Source: Candidatus Omnitrophota bacterium (GTDB lineage: Bacteria; Omnitrophota; Gorgyraeia; Duberdicusellales; 4484-171). From it: a stretch of 64,000 nt of DNA. The stretch is taken from contig JAAEQW010000256.1 in assembly GCA_024231025.1 (NCBI GenBank), forward strand, positions 2,954 through 66,953, in the 5' to 3' direction. A program made the position numbers and the translations under genes. Below, piece by piece: positions 1 through 9,188 of this stretch; within the stretch, counting starts at the first letter, position 1, and the number at the start of each line of letters is the position of its first letter. The notes beneath the pieces are model-generated. The model was not told where the DNA came from, ran no database searches, and worked only from the letters and a program-made list of their open reading frames with translations.

Positions 1-825
1 TCGCGCTTTATTTATAAATTTCTTATTGATTTGGGGGTGGTTGAAACTAATTTTCCGGAGCCATTTAAAAGATTGTTTACTCAGGGGATGATTGTAAAAG
101 ACGGCGCAAAAATGTCAAAGTCAAAAGGCAATGTTGTTGCTCCGGATTATATACTTGAGAAATATGGGTGCGACACGATGCGCTTATATATTCTCTTTAT
201 GGGGCCACCCGAAAAAGATGCCGAATGGCAGGATGAGGGCTTGCAAGGGTGCCGGCGTTTTATCCAACGCGTTCTTCGTCTTGTAGATATTCTTTCTGAG
301 TATAAGGCCCCAGACGAAGGCGAGCTTAGAACCTGTGAAAAAGAATTGTTACGCAAGATTCATTCAACAATAAAATCAGTTACTGTCGACTTAGAAGGAA
401 GTTTTCAATTTAATACCGCGATAAGTAGGATTATGGAGCTTGTCAACCAAACGTATAAAAGTATTGGCGACGGCAAGTTGAGAAAAAATATTTTAAAGCA
501 GTCAGTCGAAACCATATCTTTATTGCTTGCGCCGTTTACTCCCCATGTTAGCGAAGAGATAAATGCCTCTTTCGGAAATAAATTTTCAATTTTTTCTAAA
601 ACTTGGCCAAAATTTGAGGAAAAATATTTATATCAAGAGGAAATTGAATTAGCTGTTTTATTAAATGGTAAAGTACGCGGGAAGCTAATGGTTAATGCCA
701 ATTCTAGCGAAGAAGAAATTCAGGCAAAGGCAATTAAGCTAGAAAAAGTTAAGACCATTCTTAATGGTCGGCCCGCCAAAAAAATAATTTATGTTCCCGG
801 TAAAATCGTTAACATAGTTGGTTAA
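1..825 (+). CDS. leuS: Leucyl-tRNA synthetase, C-terminal part (5' end outside window)
   Basis: KMSKS motif, FNTAIS, LLAPFTPH and C-terminal NGKVRG...YVPGKIVNIV; frame open from base 1. Confidence 0.96.
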   Translation, partial: SRFIYKFLIDLGVVETNFPEPFKRLFTQGMIVKDGAKMSKSKGNVVAPDYILEKYGCDTMRLYILFMGPPEKDAEWQDEGLQGCRRFIQRVLRLVDILSEYKAPDEGELRTCEKELLRKIHSTIKSVTVDLEGSFQFNTAISRIMELVNQTYKSIGDGKLRKNILKQSVETISLLLAPFTPHVSEEINASFGNKFSIFSKTWPKFEEKYLYQEEIELAVLLNGKVRGKLMVNANSSEEEIQAKAIKLEKVKTILNGRPAKKIIYVPGKIVNIVG

Positions 826-1146
826 ATGCTGCATCTTACTCTCAACGAACGTAAAGCTCTTTTATGCATTGGGCTTATTATTCTCGTTGGCGCTGGTTTA
901 AGGCAAATCAAAAAACATCCTCTTCCAGTACAATCCTCCCAAATGCAACAAGAGACAACGCTAAACATAAACAGCGCATCGCATCAACAATTGCAAAGCT
1001 TGCCCGGTGTTGGTCCGGCAATCGCCCTTGCTATAATTCAATACCGCAGTCAGAATGGGCCTTTTGCCGGATACCAAGATTTAAAAAATGTAAAAGGAAT
1101 CGGCGACAAAAAAATAGAATCAATTAAAGACTTGGTTGTTTTCTAA
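826..1146 (+). CDS. comEA: ComEA-like helix-hairpin-helix DNA-binding competence protein
   Basis: N-terminal TM, LNINSAS...LPGVGP...VKGIG HhH motifs; adjacent to comEC. Confidence 0.9.
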   Translation: MLHLTLNERKALLCIGLIILVGAGLRQIKKHPLPVQSSQMQQETTLNINSASHQQLQSLPGVGPAIALAIIQYRSQNGPFAGYQDLKNVKGIGDKKIESIKDLVVF

Positions 1147-1205
1147 AATACGGCCAAAGGCATATCCACTTTAATATGACATTAAATATGGATAATTGCC
1201 ATATA

Positions 1206-1234
1206 TTGACATAATATTGTTTGTGATGTAAAAT
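1206..1234 (+). promoter_or_regulatory. Sigma70-type promoter for comEC
   Basis: TTGACA-17 bp-TAAAAT, 9 nt before the ATG. Confidence 0.7.
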
Positions 1235-1243
1235 GTCTGGCAA

Positions 1244-2668
1244 ATGGCCCCCCTTTTTTTTGTTAGCTTTGGCTTAGGTATTGTTTTAGGGTTTTATTTT
1301 TCTAATTTTTGGTTGTTTGTTGGTGTCGCGGTGATTTGTATGTTTTTTGTAGGGGCGAAAAATCTTTCGCCCCTACGTTCAGATATTTTTATTTTATTGT
1401 TATTTATTTGTCTTGGTGCGGTTTGGGCGATTCCGGTGATAAAACAAAGTCGTGTTATTGATGATCTTGTAGGGACGCGATTTATCGCGTCCTCAAATAT
1501 CTGCCCGATAGCCATTAAAATCATCACCATTCCGCAACAAAAATCTACCCGTAATACCTGTTATGCTATTATAAGAGCAATTCATGAATTGCCCCTACAA
1601 AAAAAGGTTAAGGTTTTTGATTATACCCGCCAATTAGAATATTTACGCACATATAGAGTAGGGGTCGATGGCGTCGGTCCTAAATATAAAATATCCTGCC
1701 GCAACTACCAGGGCCGTCCTTTTTATACTCTTTGGATTAAAAAAGATGCCGCCATTAAATCACTACCTTCATCATTTTGGAATAAGTGCGCTATAGCGGC
1801 TACAAATTATACGATGTCGGTTTTTAAAAACAATCTTAGTGACCAGGCTTATCGTTTTATGTCTTCAGTTTTTTTGGGCCGTAGAGAATTATTAGGTAAT
1901 GATAAAGAAGTGTTCATAAACGCAGGGGTTGCCCATCTTCTTGCGATAAGTGGTTTGCACATGGGGATTACGACGCTAGCAGTATTTTTTATTTTAGGGG
2001 TGTTGGGAATAAAATTTAGGAGCAAGCTGTTGATTTCGCTTGTCTTTCTTTGTTCGTATACGATCATTACTGGCGCAAGCGCAAGTTCGGTTAGGGCGGT
2101 AGCTATGTATGCTGTATTTGTTTTTGGATTTTTTTTACAAAGAAAAGTAAGTTCCTTTAATTCTTTAAGCTTGGCGGGGTTGATTTCGCTGGTGATTAAT
2201 CCGATGGTCTTATTCGAAGTGGGGTTTCAGCTTTCTTTTTTGGCCGTTTTTTCTTTGATTATCGGATATGAAATATTTCATCCGAAAACTATAAAGCCAG
2301 TAGTTGCAAATTACATACGACAAATCATTTTTTCTTCCACTTGCGTCGCACTATTTACGGCACCTCTAATAGCATACTATTTTGGCAGGGTTTATTTAAT
2401 GTCTATTTTGTACAATGTTGCGCTAATCCCTTATTTTGCAATGATTTTAACAATAAATTTTGTAATGATTGTTTTGTCTCCGATAACATTTTTTGCTCAA
2501 TCATTGGGGGTGGTTCTTTCTTGGTTGGTTTCAGGTTTTATTATGTTGACAGGTTTTCTTGGCGGTGGAAAATTTTCTTTTTTTCATTTTCGGGCCACAG
2601 TAGCTCAGCTGATTGCTTTTTATTTTTTGCTGATTTTGCTGATTTTTAAAAAAACACGAACGGTTTGA
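1244..2668 (+). CDS. comEC: ComEC/Rec2 competence channel (no beta-lactamase domain)
   Basis: GVAHLLAISGLH and GFQLSFLA motifs, many TM segments. Confidence 0.92.
   Translation: MAPLFFVSFGLGIVLGFYFSNFWLFVGVAVICMFFVGAKNLSPLRSDIFILLLFICLGAVWAIPVIKQSRVIDDLVGTRFIASSNICPIAIKIITIPQQKSTRNTCYAIIRAIHELPLQKKVKVFDYTRQLEYLRTYRVGVDGVGPKYKISCRNYQGRPFYTLWIKKDAAIKSLPSSFWNKCAIAATNYTMSVFKNNLSDQAYRFMSSVFLGRRELLGNDKEVFINAGVAHLLAISGLHMGITTLAVFFILGVLGIKFRSKLLISLVFLCSYTIITGASASSVRAVAMYAVFVFGFFLQRKVSSFNSLSLAGLISLVINPMVLFEVGFQLSFLAVFSLIIGYEIFHPKTIKPVVANYIRQIIFSSTCVALFTAPLIAYYFGRVYLMSILYNVALIPYFAMILTINFVMIVLSPITFFAQSLGVVLSWLVSGFIMLTGFLGGGKFSFFHFRATVAQLIAFYFLLILLIFKKTRTV
1349..1376. repeat. GTAG-type REP-like palindrome, in-frame in comEC
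   Basis: gtaggggcgaaa-aatc-tttcgcccctac, perfect 12-bp arms. Confidence 0.85.
1469..1492. repeat. GTAG-type REP-like palindrome, in-frame in comEC
   Basis: gtag-ggacgcgat-tt-atcgcgtcc. Confidence 0.8.
1571..1598. repeat. GTAG-type REP-like palindrome (GTAG on minus strand), in-frame in comEC
   Basis: ataagagcaattcatgaattgcccctac; minus strand reads GTAGGGGCAATTCATGAATTGC. Confidence 0.8.
1658..1681. repeat. Degenerate GTAG-type REP-like palindrome, in-frame in comEC
   Basis: gtaggggtcgatggcgtcggtcct, stem needs G-U/G-T pairs. Confidence 0.6.
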
Positions 2669-2700
2669 CAAAAACCCTTTATTTTGATATATTTTCTCCT

Positions 2701-3642
2701 ATGAAAAGAATATGTTTTGCCCTAATTTTTTGCTTTTTTTCGATTAATAGCTACGCTTTTTGGATTTGGTCACCTAAAACAAATGAATGGAAAAATCCTG
2801 GCTATTCACCCGCTGCGACTCCGACCTTGCAGTATGAGGCGGCACTAAAGAAGTTTAAAGCTAATCAATACAAGAAGTCTTATGGAGAATTTCGCAAAAT
2901 TCTTGCGCATTATCCTGAAGCAAAAGAAGCTGCTGAGAGCCAGTATTATCTTGGCAGGTGCTTAGAAGAACTAAAAAAACCTTATGCCGCTTTTTCGCAG
3001 TATAAAAAGGTTATAGATAGCTACCCTAATAGCAAAAGAATAAATGAGATAGTCCAGCGCATAAATGATATCGGTGATTTTTACCTAAACCGCAAAAGAA
3101 AGAAAATGCTCGGAGTATCCGTTTATGATTTTGTTGAACATCCTGCAATTGAAATTTTTTCCTATCTTATTGATAAGATGCCTTATTCAGAGTATGCTCC
3201 AGACGCTCAGTATAGGTTGGGTATGCTTTTTTTTCAAATGAACCGTTACGATGAAGCGGGAGAAGCTTTTCAAAAGATTATCGATAATTATCCCAATAGC
3301 GAATGGTTTGCTCCTTCAAAATATCAACTTGCTCAGGCAACCGCGAAAGGTTCTTACGGAGAGGATTACGATTCGACTTCGATCAATGACGCTACCGCTC
3401 GCTTAGACGAGTTCATTAGCAGCCATCCCGATGCTCAAATTGCTCCTCAAGCGGCCGAACAGCTTAAGGAATTACGAAATCAGGAGGCCAAGAAAAATTT
3501 TGATGTCGGTCGTTTTTATGAGATTCAGAAAAAGTATGAAGCTGCCAAAATGTATTATGAAATTGTTGCAAACAGTTATTCCGATAGCGAATATGTTCAA
3601 AGAGCGCAAAAAGGGATAAAAAGGGTAAATGCACGACAATGA
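2701..3642 (+). CDS. bamD: BamD-like TPR outer-membrane assembly protein
   Basis: Signal peptide, repeated TPR/YPxS motifs, upstream of lptE; ATG 2701 chosen from the promoter TTGACA(2665)-17-TATATT. Confidence 0.78.
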   Translation: MKRICFALIFCFFSINSYAFWIWSPKTNEWKNPGYSPAATPTLQYEAALKKFKANQYKKSYGEFRKILAHYPEAKEAAESQYYLGRCLEELKKPYAAFSQYKKVIDSYPNSKRINEIVQRINDIGDFYLNRKRKKMLGVSVYDFVEHPAIEIFSYLIDKMPYSEYAPDAQYRLGMLFFQMNRYDEAGEAFQKIIDNYPNSEWFAPSKYQLAQATAKGSYGEDYDSTSINDATARLDEFISSHPDAQIAPQAAEQLKELRNQEAKKNFDVGRFYEIQKKYEAAKMYYEIVANSYSDSEYVQRAQKGIKRVNARQ

Positions 3643-4163
3643 TTAAATTGTTTTTTTTGACCATACTAGTCTTAAATTTATATGGTTGTGGCTACTCTAC
3701 GATGGCGTCATCTTATAGTGAAAATAAAATCTTTATCGTTCCGGTAGAGAATAAAGTCAATATTACTTCTGAGGCGAGAAATTATTCCAACTACAATAGC
3801 TTTCCTCTTTTATTGGAGAAGAAGCTGACCAATTCATTAGTTAACCAATTCAACACTGATGGCCATTTTAAAGTTGTAAGCACCCAAGATGAGGCCCTGG
3901 TTCTTGAGTGTAAAGTTGATAATTATGAAAAAACTGCCCTTCGCTATACTGACAGCGACGATGTCAAGGAGCAGCGGTTAAGATTGCGTGTTACTGTTAA
4001 GCTTAGTGATTCTTCAGGCGCAATGCTTGATACTAAAAAAGTGGTTGGGCAAACTAGCTATTTTCTTTCAGGACCAAACAGAAAAAGCGAAGCAGCCGCT
4101 CAAGTTGAGTTGATCGAAGATACCGTAAGAAGAATATCTGAGGTAGTAGTAGAACGGTGGTAA
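3639..4163 (+). CDS. lptE: LptE-family LPS assembly lipoprotein
   Basis: Lipobox LYGCGY; leuS-lptE-holA synteny. Confidence 0.8.
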   Translation: MIKLFFLTILVLNLYGCGYSTMASSYSENKIFIVPVENKVNITSEARNYSNYNSFPLLLEKKLTNSLVNQFNTDGHFKVVSTQDEALVLECKVDNYEKTALRYTDSDDVKEQRLRLRVTVKLSDSSGAMLDTKKVVGQTSYFLSGPNRKSEAAAQVELIEDTVRRISEVVVERW

Positions 4164-4245
4164 AAATTATTATACTCTGAATGCGGATTCATGCTGATAG
4201 TTTAATCTTTGCGTGTATCCGTTTTTTTTATACCCATTTATTATA

Positions 4246-4932
4246 ATGACTGTTAGAGAAAGACTTTTTTTAGTTGCAGGAACAAATTTTACACAGCGTA
4301 AACTTGCTATCGATAATATAAAGAAAAAAATACTTAAAGGCAAAGATGCTTCGTTTAATATTTTCACATTTTACGGTAAGGAAGTTAGCCTTAAATCTTT
4401 ACAGGAGAAGATTTTTACTTTTTCTTTTGATAAAGAAAGGGCAGTAGTTTTTAAAAACGCTGATTTATTGCCTAAGGAGATCAAGGGTTTTCTTTTTCAA
4501 GATATTAAAAGGGTGCTTTTAACAACGCATGTTATTTTGGAAATTGAAAAAGACTATAGTGCTTTTGCGAAAGAGAAGAAAACCACATCTAATGAATTTT
4601 TCAGCTTTGCTTTAAAGAACGCGTGTATTTTTAAAATTGGCTCAATGCGTGTTGCGGCGACGATTGATGATTTTAGAATGAGCTTGCGTAGGAATGATCT
4701 ACAATCAGCCTTATACAGTTTAGATGGCCTGTTTAATAATCGGAATCAAGGCAGAGATCTGGGCCCTTTGATCTTAGGAATTCTTGTTAGCAAGATATCA
4801 TATCTTTATGAATCAAAAAACAAAAATCGATATTTTAAATATCTCTGGCAAGCCGATAGGGCCATAAAAGAAAAGGGCATAGAAGCCCGGCTTGCTATTG
4901 AAGTGCTTTTGGTGAAATTGCTTAAGACTTAG
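4246..4932 (+). CDS. holA: DNA polymerase III delta subunit, short and divergent
   Basis: Synteny between lptE and rpsT; FNIFTFYG, RAVVFKNAD and ADRAIKE motifs; only ~228 aa. Confidence 0.7.
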   Translation: MTVRERLFLVAGTNFTQRKLAIDNIKKKILKGKDASFNIFTFYGKEVSLKSLQEKIFTFSFDKERAVVFKNADLLPKEIKGFLFQDIKRVLLTTHVILEIEKDYSAFAKEKKTTSNEFFSFALKNACIFKIGSMRVAATIDDFRMSLRRNDLQSALYSLDGLFNNRNQGRDLGPLILGILVSKISYLYESKNKNRYFKYLWQADRAIKEKGIEARLAIEVLLVKLLKT

Positions 4933-5188
4933 TTTTTTTGAGTAGTGCGCTAAGGCGACTCTTTTTTCTTGCAGCTTTGTTAGGGTGGATCACCTTTTTA
5001 GATGCTGCCCTGTCTAGCATCTTGTAAACGTTCTTCAAGCTTTCCTGGCTGTCGTCGCTTTTTTTGCTTTCAACTACCTTTTTAAGGGTTTTGACAGCAG
5101 TTTTAATCTTTTTTTTCGTTACCAGGTTTCTTTGGCGTCTTTTTACTGTTTTTCTTAGTTCTTTTTTGGCTGTTCTTCTTTGTGGCAT
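4922..5188 (-). CDS. rpsT: 30S ribosomal protein S20
   Basis: LDRAASKKVIHPNKAARKKSRL. Confidence 0.96.
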   Translation of the reverse strand: MPQRRTAKKELRKTVKRRQRNLVTKKKIKTAVKTLKKVVESKKSDDSQESLKNVYKMLDRAASKKVIHPNKAARKKSRLSALLKKTKS

Positions 5189-5279
5189 AATTACTCCTTG
5201 TTTACCTCGTCAAAACCTAGTTTTTCACGTGGTTTATTTAAGGATTTTATAGGAATCGTAATGAAAAGTCAAGCGTTTT

Positions 5280-6833
5280 ATGTTTAAAAAAATTATTAAA
5301 AATACCTCCATTTTGAGTCTGGGAACACTTATTTCTCGGGTTTTGGGGCTGGTGCGTCTTGTTCTAATATCTAATTTCTTTGGTACAGGAGCAATTTTAG
5401 AAGCTTTTATAGTGGCTTTTCGCCTTCCGAATCTTTTTCGTAGTGTATTTGGAGAGGGTTTTGGTGATGCGGTAGCAGTTCCGGTTCTTTCTGAATATCA
5501 AGACGATAAAGAAGAATTGTTTAAGATTGGCAACCATTTGATCTCACTTTTTACTGTAGTTTTATTAATTACAAGTTTGCTTGGTATGATTTTCGGCAAG
5601 TATTTAGTATCATTGATCGCTCCAGGTTTTATCGCCGATGGTGAAAAGTTTGCTTTGGCGGTGTCTTTTACTAGGATAACTTTTTTTTATCTGTTTTTTA
5701 TTGGATTGGCAGTTAATTTTACTTCAATACTTTATTCGTTGAAGAAGTTTTTTATTCCGGCGATAAACCCAGTTTTTTTAAATATTTCATTTATTATTGG
5801 CATAATATTTTTTGCTGATTCGCTACGAAAATATATACTTGTTATTTGTGTTTTAGTTGGAGGAATATTGCAGATTGTTTTCCCTTTTGTGGCGCTTAGG
5901 AGATCGGGATTTATTTTTAAATTTAGAATCAAGGAATGCTTTAAAGATAAGGTTATTTTGCGGATGGTAAAATTATTTTTACCCCGAGTTTGGTCGAGCG
6001 TAATCTACCATTTAAGTGTGATTGTTGACACGGTGTTTTCTTCATTAAGTGTGATTGTTGGGGTTGGGGCATTGGCGGCAATTACTTATGCCAATGTTTT
6101 GATACAATTGCCACTTGCTCTAATTGTTTTGCCGCTTACGCGCGTTGCGATTGTTGATTTATCTCTATATCACAAGCAATCTAAGATGGATGATTTTAAA
6201 AAGCTTTTTGTTTTTTCTTTTCAAAATATTGTTTTTTTCGTTGTGCCGATTACATTTGTTTTTCTTTTTTTATCAGAAGGCATAATCGATGTTCTTTTTA
6301 AAAGAGGTGAATTCGACGCACATTCTTTGGCGATTACTTCTTCGGTGTTTTTTTTCTATTCCTTTGGTTTATTTTTCTTTTGCATGACAAAGCTTTTTGT
6401 TAGCGCCTTTTACGCGCTTAAGAATACCGCAATCCCCGCTAAATTGGCGGCGCTATCACTGGTTGTTAATGTGATTTTAAGCGCAGCGCTGATGTTTCAT
6501 TTACGAATTGGCGGTGTAGCCCTTGCTAGTAGTTTAGCTGCAGTGTTTAATTGCTTTCTATTGTATAAGTGTTTGCTAAAACAAATTGGAGCTATTGATT
6601 GGCAAAACACCCCAGCGCAATTTGTAAAAGTAGTCGTGATCAGTCTTATGATTGGTTTTTTTTCAAAGATGCTTTGGGGCATTTTGCCTTGGAATAAATA
6701 TATTAATATGAGTGCGATTTTTATTATTGATGTATGTTTATTTTTTAGTAGTGGAATGATTTTTGGTTTGGGGCAGGCCGATTACTTAAAGAAGTGGCTA
6801 TTGAGGGCATGTAATTGCGAAGCTAAAACATAA
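5280..6833 (+). CDS. murJ: Lipid II flippase MurJ/MviN
   Basis: SRVLGLVR, AFRLPNLFRSVFGEG, LFKRGEF motifs. Confidence 0.94.
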   Translation: MFKKIIKNTSILSLGTLISRVLGLVRLVLISNFFGTGAILEAFIVAFRLPNLFRSVFGEGFGDAVAVPVLSEYQDDKEELFKIGNHLISLFTVVLLITSLLGMIFGKYLVSLIAPGFIADGEKFALAVSFTRITFFYLFFIGLAVNFTSILYSLKKFFIPAINPVFLNISFIIGIIFFADSLRKYILVICVLVGGILQIVFPFVALRRSGFIFKFRIKECFKDKVILRMVKLFLPRVWSSVIYHLSVIVDTVFSSLSVIVGVGALAAITYANVLIQLPLALIVLPLTRVAIVDLSLYHKQSKMDDFKKLFVFSFQNIVFFVVPITFVFLFLSEGIIDVLFKRGEFDAHSLAITSSVFFFYSFGLFFFCMTKLFVSAFYALKNTAIPAKLAALSLVVNVILSAALMFHLRIGGVALASSLAAVFNCFLLYKCLLKQIGAIDWQNTPAQFVKVVVISLMIGFFSKMLWGILPWNKYINMSAIFIIDVCLFFSSGMIFGLGQADYLKKWLLRACNCEAKT

Positions 6834-7017
6834 AAAATAGCGCAATAAATTTAAAGAAGAGAATTAAAGATATGATACAATTAAGGGTGGCCGAAATTAA
6901 AGGGCGATTGCAGTAATTAAGGTGGAGACATTTTTAATCATTGCGATTAGTATTAAATCTGTGTAACCAGGTATAATTTTAGCAAAGTTGTGCCTGAAGG
7001 TTATGCCAGGAGATGAG

Positions 7018-8088
7018 ATGAATATAAGTGATATTTTAGACAAGATGATTGATGTTAATGCGTCAGACATTTTTATACGAACGGGTAGTCCCCTAAGGGG
7101 CAGAATTAGTTCTTATGTAGAAACGCTTGGTGATGAAGTGTTTACTAAAGAGGAGATTGAGAAAGCGGTTAAAAATCTAACTGGCGAAAGAGAGAAGGAA
7201 AACCTAAAGAGAGACTTGAGCTGTGAGTTTGCTTTTTACCACAAAGAGCATTGGCGATTTCGTGTTGGCGTATTTTATCAGCGAGAAAGTCTTGCGATGG
7301 TTATTCGGAAAATTGACTTGCGTGTTCCCACGTTTGAAGACTTAGGTTTACCTGCCGGTGTGTTAGAAAGATTTTGTGTGGAAAGGCGAGGGTTTGTGCT
7401 TCTTACTGGCATAACTGGCAGCGGAAAGTCTACAACTATTGCTAGCATGATTGAGTACATGAACGAAAACTACAGTAAGCATATTTTGGCGATTGAAGAA
7501 CCGATTGAATTTACATTTGACGATAAAAAAGCTTTGATTAATCAGCGCGAGATCGGCACAGATGTTTTAAGCTATAACGATGCGCTTCGGCAATTTGCGT
7601 TGCATTCCCCAGACGTTATATACATAGGCAACATCCGCGATGCCGATACTTGCCATGCGGCTCTTACTGCGGCTGAAACGGGGGTATTGGTTCTTTCAAC
7701 TATTCACACAGTGAATGCTCCATCTACGGTTGAAAGGATAATAAATTTTTTTCCACCTCATCAGCATCACTTAGTTTTGAATCAGTTGTCATCTTTGCTT
7801 AAAGGTGTTATTTCTTTGCGATTGGTTCCTAAGGCTGATGGATCAGGCTTAGTTCCTGCTTATGAGGTGATGAGTTTAAGCCCATCAGTATCACGGCTCA
7901 TAAGGGAAAATAAAATTTGGGAAATATATAAATATATTGAAAAGGGTGATGTCTACGGTATGACTAGCTTTAAACAGTGCTTGCTGAAGCTTGTTGAAGA
8001 AGATGCAATTACTGCTGATGTTGCCTTGGAATATGCTGATAAAAGAGAAGAGCTTGAAATGGAGCTTCGTAATAAAGGATTTATGTAG
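7018..8088 (+). CDS. PilT/PilU-family type IV pilus ATPase with degenerate catalytic motifs
   Basis: ASDIFI, GITGSGKSTT, NQREIG and AAETG...STIHT motifs; Walker B reads GNIRD; GGAG RBS before ATG 7018. Confidence 0.88.
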   Translation: MNISDILDKMIDVNASDIFIRTGSPLRGRISSYVETLGDEVFTKEEIEKAVKNLTGEREKENLKRDLSCEFAFYHKEHWRFRVGVFYQRESLAMVIRKIDLRVPTFEDLGLPAGVLERFCVERRGFVLLTGITGSGKSTTIASMIEYMNENYSKHILAIEEPIEFTFDDKKALINQREIGTDVLSYNDALRQFALHSPDVIYIGNIRDADTCHAALTAAETGVLVLSTIHTVNAPSTVERIINFFPPHQHHLVLNQLSSLLKGVISLRLVPKADGSGLVPAYEVMSLSPSVSRLIRENKIWEIYKYIEKGDVYGMTSFKQCLLKLVEEDAITADVALEYADKREELEMELRNKGFM

Positions 8089-8093
8089 TTTTA

Positions 8094-9188
8094 GTGATGG
8101 AAGAAATTGAAAAAGAGATAAATAGGCTATCCCTTGAGGTAGAAAACATAAAACAGCTTCTTAAGATCGATCAAAAGCGCGCCCGCATTAAAGAGCTGCA
8201 ATTGAGGATGTCTGAAGCTAATTTTTGGCAGGATCAAAAGGAGTCTAGCTGTGTTGTGGAGCAGCTCAAAAGCCTCAAAAGCGATGTTGATGCTTGGGAT
8301 AATCTGAGCAATAGCTTAGAAGAGTCAACGGAACTGCTTTCGCTTTCCGATGCGTCTTTAGATGATGATCTTTCTAAGGAGGTCTGCTTTTTAAGTAGTG
8401 AAGTTGAGAAGTTAAAATTGCGGATTTTATTTTCCGGAAAGTTTGATCATAGTAATGTAATCATCGAAATAAATTCCGGGGCCGGTGGGACTGAGGCGTG
8501 TGATTGGGCAGGAATGCTTTTTCGCATGTATGCGCGTTGGGCCGAGGAAAAGAAATTTAAATTTAAGGTTTTAGATGAGGTAAGAGGCGAAGAGGCCGGT
8601 GTTAAAAGCATCGTTTTTCTTATTGAAGGTGATCGTGCTTATGGAATGCTTCGTTCAGAACGAGGAGTGCATCGACTTGTGAGGATTTCTCCGTTCGATG
8701 CCAATAAACGTAGACATACTTCGTTTGCATCAGTCGATGCTATTCCTGAAGTAAAAGAGAATATTGATATTGACATAAAAGCTGAAGATTTAAGAATCGA
8801 TACTTACCGTTCGTCAGGGGCAGGGGGTCAACATGTTAATGTTACGGATTCGGCAGTGCGGATTACTCATATTCCCAGCGGGATTGTTGCCGCTTGTCAG
8901 AATGAACGGTCTCAACATCAAAATAAACAAACCGCTTTTAAAGTGCTAAAAGCAAAATTGTATGAGCTAAAAGAAAAAGCGAATAAAAAAGAAATGGAGC
9001 AGATGAGTACAGGAAAACGAAAGATTGAATGGGGTTCACAAATTCGCTCTTACGTTTTGCACCCGTATCTGATGGTTAAAGACCACCGAACGAATGAGGA
9101 AGTATCTAATGCAAAAGCAGTTTTAGATGGTAAAATAGATGCTTTTATTTACGCGTACCTTAAAAACAATGCGAGTGAGGATAACTAA
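8094..9188 (+). CDS. prfB: Peptide chain release factor 2
   Basis: SPF tripeptide (RISPFD), GGQ, WGSQIRSY; single uninterrupted ORF. Confidence 0.96.
   Translation: MMEEIEKEINRLSLEVENIKQLLKIDQKRARIKELQLRMSEANFWQDQKESSCVVEQLKSLKSDVDAWDNLSNSLEESTELLSLSDASLDDDLSKEVCFLSSEVEKLKLRILFSGKFDHSNVIIEINSGAGGTEACDWAGMLFRMYARWAEEKKFKFKVLDEVRGEEAGVKSIVFLIEGDRAYGMLRSERGVHRLVRISPFDANKRRHTSFASVDAIPEVKENIDIDIKAEDLRIDTYRSSGAGGQHVNVTDSAVRITHIPSGIVAACQNERSQHQNKQTAFKVLKAKLYELKEKANKKEMEQMSTGKRKIEWGSQIRSYVLHPYLMVKDHRTNEEVSNAKAVLDGKIDAFIYAYLKNNASEDN

Noticed and set aside
6009-6061. Short direct repeat taagtgtgattgttg in murJ
   Set aside because: Two copies encoding LSVIV in a TM region; no sign of function.
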